DNA of 64,000 nucleotides from Octopus sinensis. Its lineage: Eukaryota. How positions within the stretch are numbered: position 1 is the stretch's first letter; every line of letters starts with the position of its first letter. Of the stretch, positions 15,501 to 30,445 are shown one piece after another. Under the pieces are notes generated by a model. The model was not told the DNA's origin. It saw nothing but the letters and a program-made list of their open reading frames with translations, and did not search any database. The translations under genes and the position numbers were made by a program. The stretch lies in assembly GCF_006345805.1 (NCBI RefSeq), contig NC_042997.1:56482001-56546000 (forward strand), written 5' to 3'.

Positions 15501-18500
15501 AAGCAGGTATGTAATTCCATCGAGACCAGGGGAGGCATAGTTGCGCTTATTTTGAAGGTGACGTCGCAGCATTGCAGGTGTAAATTCCATAGTTGTTATG
15601 GAGTTTGCTGTTAGTGATGGTGAAGATGGTACATTTTGACTTTCAACAGTGAATATGTTTGCATAGCACTCGGCAATGAGTTCTGCGCATTCCTTGGGGT
15701 CGTCAGTGATCTGGTTTGTGTGAGGGTTGCGAAGAGGGCCCACTGGAGAGTGAGGTCTCTGCTTTGAGTGCACATATTTCCAGAAAACCTTGCTGTCAGG
15801 ATTGGCTGCTATGCACTGTTCAAATTCAAGCACTGCTTTTTTTGTCACTTGCTTGAGATGGTTGGAGGATTTATTCCGCTTCTTCCTGTTGGTGTCTGAT
15901 TTATGCAACTTGTATTCCTGTTCAGCAGTCCGACGTTCCCTCCTGGCAAGTCGGACCGCTGAAGTTTCCCAAATTGCCCTTTTGGGGCGGTTCTTCTTTT
16001 TTTGTTTACGTGGCACTGATGCTGCACATGCTGCCCATATTGAGTCCAGGATACTCTGGAGTATAGTATTCACATCTCCAGAGTTGTAGAATCACGCCAG
16101 TTTGGGTGCTGTAGTTCAGTGTGGTACAGGTTCCAATCTGCTCTCTTCCAATTGAAGGAAGCAGATTGGAGATGGTTCAGGTTTTTGTTGCCCGCAAGAG
16201 CCAGATTGGCGATGATCATAGCATGATCAGAGTCACCTAGAGGTTCCTCCGTAGTGCAATTGATAACCGCTTCAGGAGTTGTGGTGAAGAGCAGGTCCAA
16301 GGTGTTGTCGCCTCTTGTTGGAGAGGTGACTACTTGTGACCAGTTTGAGTCCAGCACAAGCTCAACAAAATCGTTTGCACTCTGTGGCCAATGGAAGGTC
16401 TCCCAATCGATCTCAGGATGATTGAAATCGCCTGCAATAAACACATAAGTGGCTGTTTTCCTGGCAGCAGCTCGGAGGACATTGCAAAGCTGTGTGTCCC
16501 GATGGTAACTTGGGGGACGATAAACAACGCCAAGCAGGAGTGTTGACAACATGCCTTATAAGAAAGATTTTATTTCTAAAGCTCCTGTAGACCTTAGTAT
16601 TATTATTTTAGAAGAATTATAGTTAAATCTCCCACTAGAATGGTTGCTTTATCAAGAAATATCCCAGCTGACCTACAGTATTCCTGATGGGTGAACTAAG
16701 GCACTATTTTTCAAGTTGGCAAAATCCAGCCCACTCACTTGCCAAAAATATTAGTGAAAATTTTTTGCCCCTCCCTCCCTCTTTAACAGTGAAAAGACAA
16801 AAGAAGGTCTACATTCATATATTTTTTCTTTCTTTACCCTAGTGTTAAGCTTAAAAAGTTTGACACTGTGGATAAACTCAAAAAGTTTAAAACACTCTCA
16901 GTAATTTGCCTCTTTTTTAACACTCAAAGCCACAACAAAAAACACTGAACTAAAACATGCAGAGCAAAGTGGTTTACCTAAGCACACAACAAAACACTGG
17001 CAAATGATTTGAACTCAAAATTTATGAACTCCTGTAAATAATGGCTCCAGCCAGTAATATTGATTTTTTTCACAAGATAGAAGGAATGACCATAGAAAAT
17101 TTAGTCAAATGGTTTCTTTTCAGATACCTCTGTGCTATAAAACTGAGACACTTCAATGAAAGTGAAAAATTAAGCTAGCAGGAAACTGTAGCTGTCAAAC
17201 TGTATCCCAATTTCATACAATCATAATTTCTAGTATGTTACTGGTGAAATAATGTAAAGTTGTGTATCATAAAGGAAGGTGACTTCTAACATGTCAAGCA
17301 GGTCATCTCTTTTGAGCACAAGAACTAATAACCTCTCCTTGTGGCATATAAATTGGCTCAATTTTTAATTAGATTTTACAAATACAAACTAAACACTATC
17401 TTCAGAGTCCAGAGTTTTCATAATGTTTGATTTACTCCATAGCACTTGTCATTGGTCTATCCAAGCATAATGAAAATAATGATAACCTCTAACAGTGCTG
17501 TCATCCCTACCATCAGCAGTGCTACTGATCCAAATACTACATGGAATTATCATGTGAAATACTTTTTCTGAAGTCAAAATTAGGTTATGTTAAAATATAC
17601 TTTTACAAAAATTGTCATTTTGCAATAATCTATTCTAATAGATAGGAAAATGTACAGTTAATCTTAACAGATATAAGGCCTTAATGTTTAAGGAAAACAG
17701 AGATTTATTAAGTTGTGAAGTTTATGCCATTTCCAACATAAATTAAATAAAACATCTTCAGTCAGGAATCAAAACCAAACCCTTTCACTGGTGGCTTTTG
17801 ATACATATTAGAAACTATAGCAAGAGAAATGTTTTAGCCTTACTTTTATTCTCCAAGTTGACCAGCATTTTCATGATCATCTCCAACAGAGATTCATTTT
17901 TCAAATACTTGCAGAGAATAGTACACAGATGCTCATGAATATTATTTTCAATCAAGGTGTGACACAAATACTCTGTAAATTAAATATCAATATAAAGTAA
18001 TGGCACATTTACAAATTCACTGCATGCATGCACACACACACACACACACACAACACACACACACACACACACAATAATAAAGGAGCCAATGATAAGAATT
18101 TGGACAATTATGTTAAAAGGTGGAGTACCCTGAGTAATAAATAAAAAAATTATTATAGCACTAATCAGTACACCATTCTTCCAATATTTTAATCATTGTT
18201 TCAATGTTCACTTTTGCACACTTGTATGGATCAAATATAATTCATTGAGACATTTTTCTATGGTTTGATGCCCTTCCTGTCACCCACCCTTACTGTTTCC
18301 AAGCAAGTTGACATGATCTCAACAGGAGACTGGAAATGAACAATATTGCTGGCATGACAGAGTGTTCATCACGTGCTGTCAAGACAAGGGTGTAAACACA
18401 CACACACACAAATATATGTTTCCCAGCAAGGTCAAAATTTTCCACAGCCAGATGTTTTCACGGAAATTAGCTTACATACAGTTTCCACCATTTACTCACT

Positions 18501-18853
18501 GGACTTGTGTGTAAAACTGAGGTTTTGGTGAAAGACAATCATCAAAGGTGATATGATCTGTCACATGATTTGGTATGAAATACTCCACATTTTGCCAGAT
18601 AGCAGATTTAATCAAGTGGATATTTTCTTATTCTTTTACTTGTTTCAGTCATTTGACTGTGGCCATGTTGTAGCATTGCCTTAAAGGGTTTTAGTCAAAG
18701 AAATCACCCCCAGGACTTATTCTTTATAAGCCTAGTACTTATTCTATTGGTATCTTTTACAGAGCTGCTAAGTTACAGGGACATAAACACACCAGCATTG
18801 GCTGTCAAGCAATGGCAAGGTGGGGGGAGACAAGTACGGACATAGATAACTGC

Positions 18854-18901
<48 letters not shown>

Positions 18902-19229
18902 AGGTGCAATGGCCCAGTGGTTAGGGCAGCGGACTCGCGGTCATAGGATCACGGTTTCGATTCCCAGACTGGGCGTTGTGAGTGTTTATTGAGTGGAAAC
19001 ACCTAAAAGCTCCACGATGCTCCGGCAGGGGGTGGTGATCCCTGCTGTACTCTTTCACCACTCTTTCTCCCACTCTTTCTTCTGTTGGCCTGCTTGCTTA
19101 GCCAGTGGGGTGGCGTCATTCGAAGGGGTGGCGTCATTTGAAGGGGTGGCATTCGCATTGTGACCAGCAATGTGTAATGACATCTGATGGTCTGATCGGT
19201 CACGTGATCATGTGATATATATATGTATG

Positions 19230-19305
<76 letters not shown>

Positions 19306-20823
19306 ATGAATGTATGTATATATATGTGTGTGTGTATATATATATATATGTTTATATATTTGTTTTGCAAGATTCTTGATGTGAAATCATTGAAACATAT
19401 ATTGTTGCATTTAGGAATGGTCATGTTGCCAGTTTAGCCAATAAAAATACTCGCACTATATATTTGGTGTTAATTTGCTTCAGCTTTATTTATTTTTTAC
19501 ATTATCTTAATCTTATTTCGGCCAGAGTTCTTTTGTCACACTTCTGTGACTTCATCAGTGGTCCTTTGCTTTCTTCCTTCTTATTTGTGTGTCTCTCCTT
19601 ACTAACGATCAGCCATTTTGTATATTATATTCCTATTGTATGTGTCTTTATTTGCGCATGTGTATACCCTATGTGTGTCTATGTTTAGTAAATGTGTGTG
19701 TGTGGGGGGGGGGAGTGCCTGTATTATCTGTATCCCCTGTTTATACAACACTGATATCAAGAAATCCTCTTGCGAGCATGACCTAGGCATCACTGTCAGC
19801 AGTGATTTGCGTTGGACAAAGCATATCTCTAAAATTGTCAAGAAGGTCGAGGGTGTCTTGGCATCACTCAGCAAGACTTTTGTTAGCCGCTCTCCTGCCA
19901 TCTATTTAAAGCTGTATACAGCTATGGTACGACCACACTTGGAATTCGCATCAACATATAATTTGTTTTTATTTATTTTGTTCATGTGTTTATACCTACT
20001 TATTAAAGTAGGTATATACACATGAATATTGTAAACAGAAACTGAGAGAAGTCCATTGTATATATATATATCATCATCATCATCATCATCATTTAACGTC
20101 CGCTTTCCATGCTAGCATGGGTTGGACGGTTCAACTGGGGTCTGAGGAGCCCGAAGGCTGCACCAGGCCAGTCAGATCTGGTAGTGTTTCTACAGCTGGA
20201 TGCCCTTCCTAACGCCAACCACTCCGAGAGTGTAGTGGGTGATTTTATGTGCCACCAACACAGTGCCAGACGAGGCTGGCAGACGGCCACGCTCGGATGG
20301 TATTTTTATGTGCCACCGACACAGGTACCAGATGAGGCTGGCGAACGGCCACGATCGGATGGTGTTTGTTACGTGCCCACAGCACGGAGGCCAGTCGATG
20401 CGGCACTGGCTACGGCCACGTTCGGATGGTTTTCTTGTATGCCACCGGCACTGGTACCACAAAGATACAAATTCCATTGATGTTCATCTATTTCGATTTT
20501 GATTTTGATTTTGATTTTGATTTTCACTTGCCTCAACAGGTCTTCACAAGATGTTCATCTATTTTGATATATATATATATATATAGTGCATCTAGCAGGC
20601 ATGAAGTGTGTTGTGTGTGTGGGGGGGCTGTGTTATCTGTATCCCCTGTTTATACACGTTCGGGTAATTTGATTTTATTTATTTTGTTCATGCGTTTATA
20701 CCTACTTTTAATAAGTAGATATAAACACATGAATAAAATAAAAACAAATTACACGAACGTGTATAAACACGTGATACAGATAATATAGGCACTTACACAC
20801 ACACACTTCATGCCTGCTAGATG

Positions 20824-20861
<38 letters not shown>

Positions 20862-21825
20862 GACTTCTTTCAGTTTCTGTTCACCATATTCACTCATAAG
20901 GCTTTGGTCAACCTGAGGCTATAATAGAAGACACTTGTCTAAGGTGCTAGAATCATGTGAATCAGAAGCAAGCTTCTTACCACAACAGCCATGCCTATTA
21001 TATTTGATCAGAAATTTATAGACTTTTTATTTGTAAGTTAATTATAATTTTGGGGGTGCATTTTTCAGTTGGTGATGGCTGGTGAAAGTTGTAGAATAAC
21101 ATTAGAGAAGAGATCACAATGCAGAGCTTGGAGGAGGAGCACACATTGTAAGGTAAGCCTTGGGTTCTGAATACCTTGGTATTGGCTCTGATTCAAATAC
21201 ACATATATGCATGTATGTGTATACATACATTCATATTCTGAAAGTTGGCTGTTCTTGCCCCTTGGATGATGAAATATCTTACATCATCATTATCGTCATC
21301 ATCATTTAACACCCGCTTTCCATGCTAGCATGGGTTGGACGATTTGACTGAGGTCTGGCGAACCAGATGGCTGCACCAGACTCCAATCTGATCTGGCAGA
21401 GTTTCTACAGCTGGATGCCCTTCCTAACGCCAACCACTCCAAGAGTGTAGTGAGTGCTTTTACGTGTCACTGGCATGAGGGCCAGTCAGGTGGTACTGGC
21501 AACGGCCATGCTCAGATGGTGCTTTTTATGTGCCACCTGCACAGGAGCCACTCTTTAGCATTTAAACTGGTCATTTCTAGCCAAAATATTTTAGTTGTTT
21601 TATGTTCAAATTAGCCAGATCTGGTCTCTCACACCAACCCTACAATATCATTCTAAAAATTAACAGTTACCTCATCAAAATCTCATATCGAAATAATGCA
21701 TGATTTATTCAAAATAAGGTGAGTAAGCATAGGATAGTGTGAATGCTAAAGGGTTAAAGCTTCAGGAGGCAACTGATATCTTCAGTGCTCTTGAGTCTTG
21801 TATCTGGTCCCAACATAGCATCACA

Positions 21826-21869
<44 letters not shown>

Positions 21870-24800
21870 GTGGTGATACTGACGATAACAACTGAAAGGA
21901 GTAAATATACAACTATTCAAATATGTCAATATTTTTACCTGAACTGCTGGATATGATGCTATAGATGGGAAGAACAGCTTCAAAAATGTCTTGTTTTAAA
22001 AGGCTTTGGAAACACAACGCATCAAATATGTGTAGATTTGACACAAAAAAATCTAAAGGAAGAACTTCTACATAAGAGAGAAAAAAAAGAGGAAAAAGAA
22101 TGAAGAATTAATCTGTAATGATTTATTAGTTAAGTACAGCATTAGTCATAATTCTTTAGTCTCAGGAAGGAGGTATGCATTCATTAAACAAACCTATGTT
22201 ATGATCACAGGTGTTCCAGTCAGGTCCATCTCTTCTTATTAAGGTATACTGTATTTGGCACTACCTTTTTGTGGTTCATATCCTGTCACTGCATGTGAAC
22301 ACAAGTCTAATAGAGAGAACCTCTATGTGGTTCTCTCAGCCAGCTAGAAAGAGCAGCCATCTCCCTTAAATCCTCACATTATTGAAAAGCATGCATTCGA
22401 TAATGTAGCCCTGGATTCCTTCCATTTAAGAAAAAGATACTGGAATGCTTTCAATGATAGATCACCAAATCGGAGCTGATCTGGCACTAAACAACTAATC
22501 TACATTTTATTTAATCACTAAATAACATTTGTTTTAATGTTTCAAACTTTTATCGAATACATTATCAGTCAAGTGTTCTGTCTAATCATGATGCCTCCAC
22601 CACAAACACACTGCCAATTTATAGTAATCTCTATAACCCTACACTAATTATCACTGCATATGTCAAGTAGTAGTAGTAGTAGTAACAGCTGGTGTTGTTG
22701 GTATTGTTGTTGTTGTTGTCTTTGTTGTTGGCAGTGGCAGCAGCTGCAGGGCAATTTATTAAATAGTGTTTAATTTCTCTCAAATACTGAACTGTAGTTC
22801 ATACAATATATTTTGAATTTTGTTAGTTTTATTAATCTTAATTATCTAGTGGGAAAACAGAAACTATTGTGATAAGTATGTGCTGGAAAACTTGAAACTT
22901 CAGTTCAGTTAAAAGATTAAAAACTTAAAGATCTGAATTTTAGATAAATTAAAGGTAAATTCACATCATCATAGCTCATCTTTTTAAATTGCAAATATTA
23001 ATGTATTACCAACCACAGTTCTGCCAAATTGCAAAAGTTTATTTTTCTAATTTGTTCTAATGGATGCCAACTGCAGATATGAAAATCTAAATGCATATTT
23101 TTGATTGAAAAGACCTTGAAATATGTTTTAGCTTCTGATATTTTGGCTATAAACATTTCACTATACAGCATATGACATAATCTTTGTATATATGTAAGCA
23201 TACTTAATTATGCTTTGAAGATCGTTTTGCGTCTTCCAAATCTCCTTAGATCCTTTTAAGACTCATTATACCTGAGTCTGTGCCCTCTGAGTAAAAAAGA
23301 AGCATTTTTCAAACCCTGTAAAATTAGATTGCTCATCGTCAGTTCAGGGTAGCCTGCCTTGCTTACTGATGCAATTAAAGCACTGTATTATGAGTCCACT
23401 ATCCAAGTTTCAGACCAGTAATGTTGCAATGTACCCTTAGGTAAAACACACAACTGCCTCAGAGAATCTAACTGAAAACAGGAATAACATTACATTTGTT
23501 CACAAGAACAAACTCCAACAATTCATGCAGCAAGTATACACTAAACGTTATAGCTCATTTATCATTCAAACTACAGTTATTTTGTTATGTGAGAATTTTA
23601 GTTTTCTGCTGTCTATTTATAAAGATCTATGACCTGTTTAAGCAGAGCTAATCAGACTCTTAACCAACATATTTGTACAGAAATCTCCAGAAATAATTTT
23701 ATATTATTGGTTTTCTTTCTGGCTAATGGATAACACATGTAAAAGCTGACTCAGTTACAAAATGTATTTTCTAAAATATTACAAGAATGCTTTAAATCAT
23801 ATTCTAATATATTTATCAAACCTACTCTTGAACTTATTTCTTGCTCTCAACTACCATAACTCTCTTGATAAATAAATTAATTCTAAATTGTATGGATACT
23901 GTTGGCTGCCTTAAAAGTTTGCAGCAACATCTTTTCGTAAATAAACATAAGCAAAATCTGTAATTTATTTTAATGTGTAGAAACACCACTAAAATTCAAT
24001 GAGAATAATACATTCAATGAGAATTATATGTACCTGTTTCAAATAATTGATTCAAAGTTTGAAGAGCAGCAGTTTGAACATCTACAGATTCCTTGAAGCC
24101 AGCTAGTAAAACCAGAGACAGTTCAGCCACTTCCTTTTGATCCACATTCACAAGTATTGCTACATCAAATTCAGTTTCAGGAGAAAATAGGAAAAATATT
24201 CAAATTACTTTTAATAACATACATTTAATATAATAATTTTTCTTCCATACAGTACACAGAATACAGGATAGATATTATCATTAAAATGATTACTCACATA
24301 TATACATATGTATACACACATACACCTTTCACCCCCTCTCTTGCCCCCCCCCTCCATGATCTCTCATACTCCTCTTTTTTTCAATGATTAAGGATTCATC
24401 TCTACCCTAATCTACAGCTCCCTTTTTATTCCCTTTCCCTCAAACCTTGTGTTTATATCCATCCTATGTACTATTGGATAGCCCTAGTCCCTATCCACTC
24501 TCAACCCATCACCTTCCAACTGTTCTTCTGGAAAATTCAGCTTCAAATAGGGATTTATCTCATTTTCTTGGCTCTAAAATTTTACATATCAGCAAATTAT
24601 GATTTTAACCAATACCACTGACTTGATAAAACATATCCTGAATATGACAGGAACAACTCTCATTGGTTTAAAAATTCATATATCTTCTGTCATGAAAATA
24701 ACTGCTCTTCAACCATACTTGCTAACAATGAAATATCTCTGTGTACAGATATGGTATAAACAAAGGACACAAACACCAGGAAAATATTTGAAGGCAAATG

Positions 24801-27800
24801 AACCACAATATATAACATACACAGTAAAGTACGAGAGTTATGAGCTGGGGATTAAAGAGAATATATTATTTACACTGATAAAGATTTTTGAACCTTGACC
24901 TGAGCATTTTTAAGATTAAGAGATAATGTTATGACACATTTGATATAAAAGTAGCAAGACTCAAGAAGTTTTCTTCTTTTATATTACATAATGTGAGGAT
25001 ATGTGGGCTGCAAGTAAGAATTTAGGGAAATTCTACTCACATTTATTTACAAATAATTTCATAAGTTTCATGCCAGAAGCTTGAATTATTTCATCAGTTA
25101 AATGCTCTTGCATTATATTCATTACCAACCTGCAGAGAAAAGAATTTGAGTTAAATAATAACAAGAGCATTCAGAGAGTGCAAACCTCCACCAAAGCAAC
25201 ATCAATGTCCTCTCAACGATTATCTAGAGATGATTTTTAAAATGAGAATATCTGAAATAAATTCTACTGCTCTCACAAATGATAATACTAAAAATGAACC
25301 CGACCACTCTCAAAAATTAAGTAAAAAAGAAAACAGGAAAAATAATCCAGAATCCTTGTCTGGTGCCAGATCAATCGCAAAATCTAATCAGTTCGTGCCA
25401 GTCATAAGGCCAAACATCTCTGAAAGTTTCATCCGAATCCATTCAGCGGTTCTTGAGATATCTTGTCCATGGACAAACAAACAATGACTGAAAATAATAC
25501 CTCCGCCTTCACTAAGGCAGAGGTAATAATAATAATCCTTTCTACTATAGGCACAAGGCCTTAAATTTGGGGGAAGGGAGCTAGTAGAATATATTGACCC
25601 CAGTGCTCAACTGGTACTTATTTTATCAATCCCGAAAGGATGAAAGGCAAAGTCGACCTCAGCGGAATTTGAGCTCAGATTATAAAGCCATACAAAATAC
25701 CTATTTCTTTATTACCCACAAGGGGCTAAACATAGAGGGGACAAACAAGGACAGACATAGGTATTAAATCGATTACATCGACCCCAGTGTGTAACTGGTG
25801 CTTAATTTATCGACCCCAAAAGGATGAAAGGCATAGTCGACCTCGGCGGACTTTGAACTCACAACGTAACGGCAGACGAAATACCGCAAAGCATTTCGCC
25901 CGGTGTGCTAACGCTTCTCCCAGCTCCCCGCCATACAAAATACCACTAAGCATTTTGCTCAGCGTGCTAATGATTTTGCCAGCTTGCCTCTAATTATAAT
26001 AATGGTTTCAAATTTTGGCACAAGGCCAACAATTTCAGAGGTGGGCATGAAACAATTATGACAACCACAATATTCAACTGGTATTTATTTTATTGATCCT
26101 GAAAGGATGAAAGGTTAAGTTGACCTCAGAACATATATACAGCAGAAATGCTGCTAAGTACTTTTCGGAGTTTTAACAAGTCTGCCAGCTTGTTACCTTA
26201 ACAATGCTAATAATAAAAACAATATTATTATTTTATTATGTCTGGGGAGAGTCATTCTGTTTTAATGCCTTATTAATTAACACACTTTCTGGTTTAATTT
26301 CTGCTCATTTGCTTATTTATTTTTTTCTAAAATTTTCATTGCTTCTTGCAATATTATTATTGTTATCTATATATTAATACATTAAGGCTGAACACATTGC
26401 ACTGTAATTATAATAATTTCTATATCTAATTTTTAAAATATCTTAAATTCTGAAAGAAAAAGAAGATAAATAAATTTTTTAATTATTACTTGGGTAATGA
26501 TTGGTATTCAACTGCAAGTTTAGATACATTCCACCAAAGACTTCTTTCCAGAATCTGAAAATTCATCTGAAAATGAAGTACAAAATTACTTAAGAGTGCG
26601 TTAATTCATTGAAATTCCACAATTTAAAGCACTTAAAGAAATATTTCAAAGTGGTAAAGGTAGGATAGGCCCAACAGTGTACTGCTGAGCATATCTCTGT
26701 TTATGCATGAAAGTTTATGGGGGTAACACTGGCTCATTAATATTCTATCGAGACATATTTTTCAATTTTACCAGCTAAGTAGACTGCAGCAACATGAAGT
26801 AAAATGTCTCTTTATTTAATTTTATTTCATACAAGGAGACAAGGCACTTGGACAAAGAATCGAATTCATGACCTTAGGATCAAGAGCAGGGTTGCTTAAC
26901 GACTAGGCCATGCACATTCTTGAAGAAATATTAACGTGGCTGTGTGGTAAAAAGGTGCAGGCATGGCTGTGTTGCAAGAAGCTTGCTTCCCAACCACATG
27001 GTTCCAGGTTCAGTCCCACCATGTGGCACCTTAGGCAAGTGTCTTCTACTATAGTCTCAGACAGGTGTGTAGCTTTGTCAGTGGATTTGGTAGAGAGAAA
27101 TTGAAAGAAGCTCCTTGTATATATGTATGTGTGATTTTCTGTCTGTCCTCCACCACTGCATGACAACCAGTGTTTGGGTGTTTACATCCCCATAACTTAA
27201 AAGGTTTGTTAAAAGAGATCAATAAAATAAGTATGCGGCTAAAAATATAAGACCAGGGGTCAATTAGTTCAAGTAAAACCCTTCAAGGTGGTGCCCCAGC
27301 ATGGCCACCATCAAATGATTGAGACAAGTAAAAGACAAAAGATTTGAATACAATACTCTCATTAAACTAATTAATAAATCAGGTTACGTAACATGTGAAT
27401 AAAATAGTAACAAATTTAAATCTGTCATGAGTTATACTAGCAGAACAAGTAGGAAGAAATTAGGACCAACAGAAAATAAATAATAATAGAAAAAAATGCC
27501 CAAAATAAATTACATCCTACACACCTGCTAAATTTATATTTATGTAATGGGCGTATATGTTCTATTCATCTCTCTCTGACTCATTCACACATGCATGCAC
27601 ACTCACACACACACAAACTCTCACTCTCTCTCTCACTCTCTCTCACACACACATACACTCACATAGAGAGTTAGATATGTATAAAGACATATTTTATGTT
27701 ATTATGTTTTACTTGTTATAGTCATTAGACTGTGACCATGCTGGGGAATCACCTTGAAGCATTTTGGTCAAATGAATCGACCCTAGTATTTATTATTTTT

Positions 27801-30412
27801 CTGTAAAGCCCAGTACTTATTCAATTGGTCTCTTTTGCTGAACCACTATGTTACAGGGATGTAAACATAACATCACCTGTTGTCAAGTAGTGGCAAGGCT
27901 CAAACACAGACACAAAGATATGCACACAAACACACACACAGACACACACACTCAAACACACACTTATCTACAATAGGTTTCTTTCAGTTTCTGTTTACCA
28001 AATCCACTTACAAGGCTTTGGTTGGCCTGAGGTTACAGTAGAAGACACTTGCCCAAGGTACCATGCTGTGGGACTGAACACAGAACCATGAGGTCGGGAA
28101 GCAAGCTTCTTACCACACAGCCATGCTTGCACCTATGTTTATGTATATATAGAGAGATATGTATGAATGCAGGCATGACTCTGTGGTCTAGTAGCTTGTT
28201 CAATTCTACTGTATAACATCTTGGGCAAGAGTATTCTAGCATAATATCATAATTACAGATTAACAGTGGAATTTAGCAGACAGAAACTTCATGGAAACCT
28301 ATTGTATATTATGTGAGTGTGTATGTGCATGAATGCATGAACATATATGTGTGTTTGTGTGCATATATGTATGTATGTATGTGTGCACATTTCTTGTTTT
28401 TTTTTTCTCTTCTTAATTTAGAGTTAATTTTGACCAGCTACATTTTTAGTAGAAATGTTGTGATGGAAAGCATCTTGTTTTGTTTATTATCCTTACAAAT
28501 TTTTATTATTCCAGATATCACAATCTCTTTCACTCTCTCCATACATTTCCACTTCATTTCCTATACTTTCAGAAGAAGTACTGTCATCCAAAACTCAAAG
28601 ACACTCTTTCTCCTTCATTTAAGTGTCAAGCTAGTTCCTTATTTATTGTATTATGCTCTTTTTGTGCATTTTACTTTTTCTCTTTTTTGTTGTTGCATTT
28701 TATATACATACATGCATGTGTACTTACATAAGCCTATATATATATATTGATTAGGCACAGCAATACTAATAACCTGGTTCCAGAACTCATTAAGCATATG
28801 CTGCAGAAAAAAGCATTAGTCAAATACAGGACATAATAAGAGATTACATGACAAGAAATTACATAATGAACTTCATCAGCTTACAGCTGTTTTTGCTATA
28901 AGATGCAATGTACTCATAATTGAGTGTTATGTATCACTTTATAGCTTCTTCAAAGAGCTTAAAAAAAGAAAGAAAGTAATGTGGTGGAGACTACATAAGA
29001 CAAATGGGATAGAATGACAGTACACTGCCAACAGATAAGAGATCCCAGGATCATAAAAATACCTATGAATAAACACCTAGGTCTTTGCTCAACAAACAAA
29101 TTTCCTAAAAACAAAATTTTCCCTCTATATCAATGCATCAGGAACACCTCAGCTCATTTCCAATGAAGCAAAGAAAATATATTTATTAATAAATCTAAAC
29201 CAAATCTAAATACACTATAACCCAACTACAAATAACTAGAAACAACAAAATTAATAAAAGTAAATCAAGAATTAAGGTAACAGTCTTCTTCAAGGATTCA
29301 AGACCCTAACTTCAAATCCCTGTGTACTGACACATTACACTTTTTGATACTATGTGTTGATGTCAGCCTAGAATTGACCAATTAGAAATTCCACAATTCA
29401 AAGCATTTAAGGAAATATTTGAAAGTGGTAATGATAGGATAGGCTCAACAGTGTACTGCAGAGCATATCTCTGTTTATGCTTGAAAGTTTATGGGGGTAT
29501 CACTGGTTTATTGACATTCATGTATTAACTTGACATTGACCAGGTGCTCTATCAAGACTTCTTTTTCAATTTTTCCAGCTAAGTGGACTGCAGCAGCATG
29601 AAGTAAAATATCTCTTTACTTCATACAAGGAGACAGGGCACTTAGGATCAAGAGCGGGATTGCTTAATAACTAGGCCATGCACTTTCTTAAAGAAATATT
29701 AACATGATTTTAAATCAAAAAACAAAAAAAATTTTGTGCATGCATGGCTGTGTGCTAAGAAGCTTGCTTCCTAACTGCATGGGTCTACATTCAGTCCCAT
29801 TGGGTGGCACCTTAGGCAAGTGTCCTTTATTATAGTCTCAGGCTGGCCAAAGCTTTATTGGTGGATTTGGTAGATGAAACTGAAAGAGGCCTGTTGTATA
29901 TATATTGTGTGTGGATGTGTGTGTGTGTGTGTGTGTGTGTGTGTCTTCTATCTGTCTGTCTGTCCTGCACCACTGCATGACAACCAGTGTTTGGGTGTTT
30001 ACATCCCCATAACTTAAAAGGTTTGATAAAAGAAATCAATAAAATAAGTATGCGGCTAAAAATATAAGACCAGGGGTCAATTAGTTCAACTAAAACCCTT
30101 CAAGGTGGTGCCCCAGCATGGCCACCGTAAAATGATTGAGACAAGTAAAAGATAAAAGATTTGAGTACAATACTTTCATTAAACTAATTAATAAATCAGG
30201 TTATGTAACACGTGAATAAAATAGTAACAAATTTAAATCTGTCACGAGTTATACTAGAACAAGTGGGAAGAAATTAGGATCAAAAGAAAATAAATAATAA
30301 TAGAAAAAAATGCCCAAAATAAATATACATCCTACATACCTGCTAAATTTATATTTATGTAATAGGTGTATACATTCTACTCATCTCTCTCTAACTCATA
30401 CATAAATGCATG

Positions 30413-30445
<33 letters not shown>

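Noticed and set aside
14190-16089. Plus-strand ORFs overlapping the LINE
   Set aside because: Antisense shadows of the RT ORF with no independent similarity.
18900-18975. tRNA gene (also 41950-42022 and other SINE heads)
   Set aside because: A/B-box-like head without a complete cloverleaf, continuing into a SINE body found in multiple copies.
22998-23201. ORF SEMFIAKISEAKTYFKV... as an extra LRRK2 exon
   Set aside because: The only plausible donor (TTG|gtaata) is phase 0, while exon F needs phase 1. Direct E-to-F splicing already aligns without a gap to human LRRK2.
28868-28900. Minus-strand AAAACAGCTGTA-AG-CTGATGAAG as a hammerhead
   Set aside because: It has a palindromic stem III and CUGAUGA, but G12 is absent, there is no stem I and no closing stem II partner.
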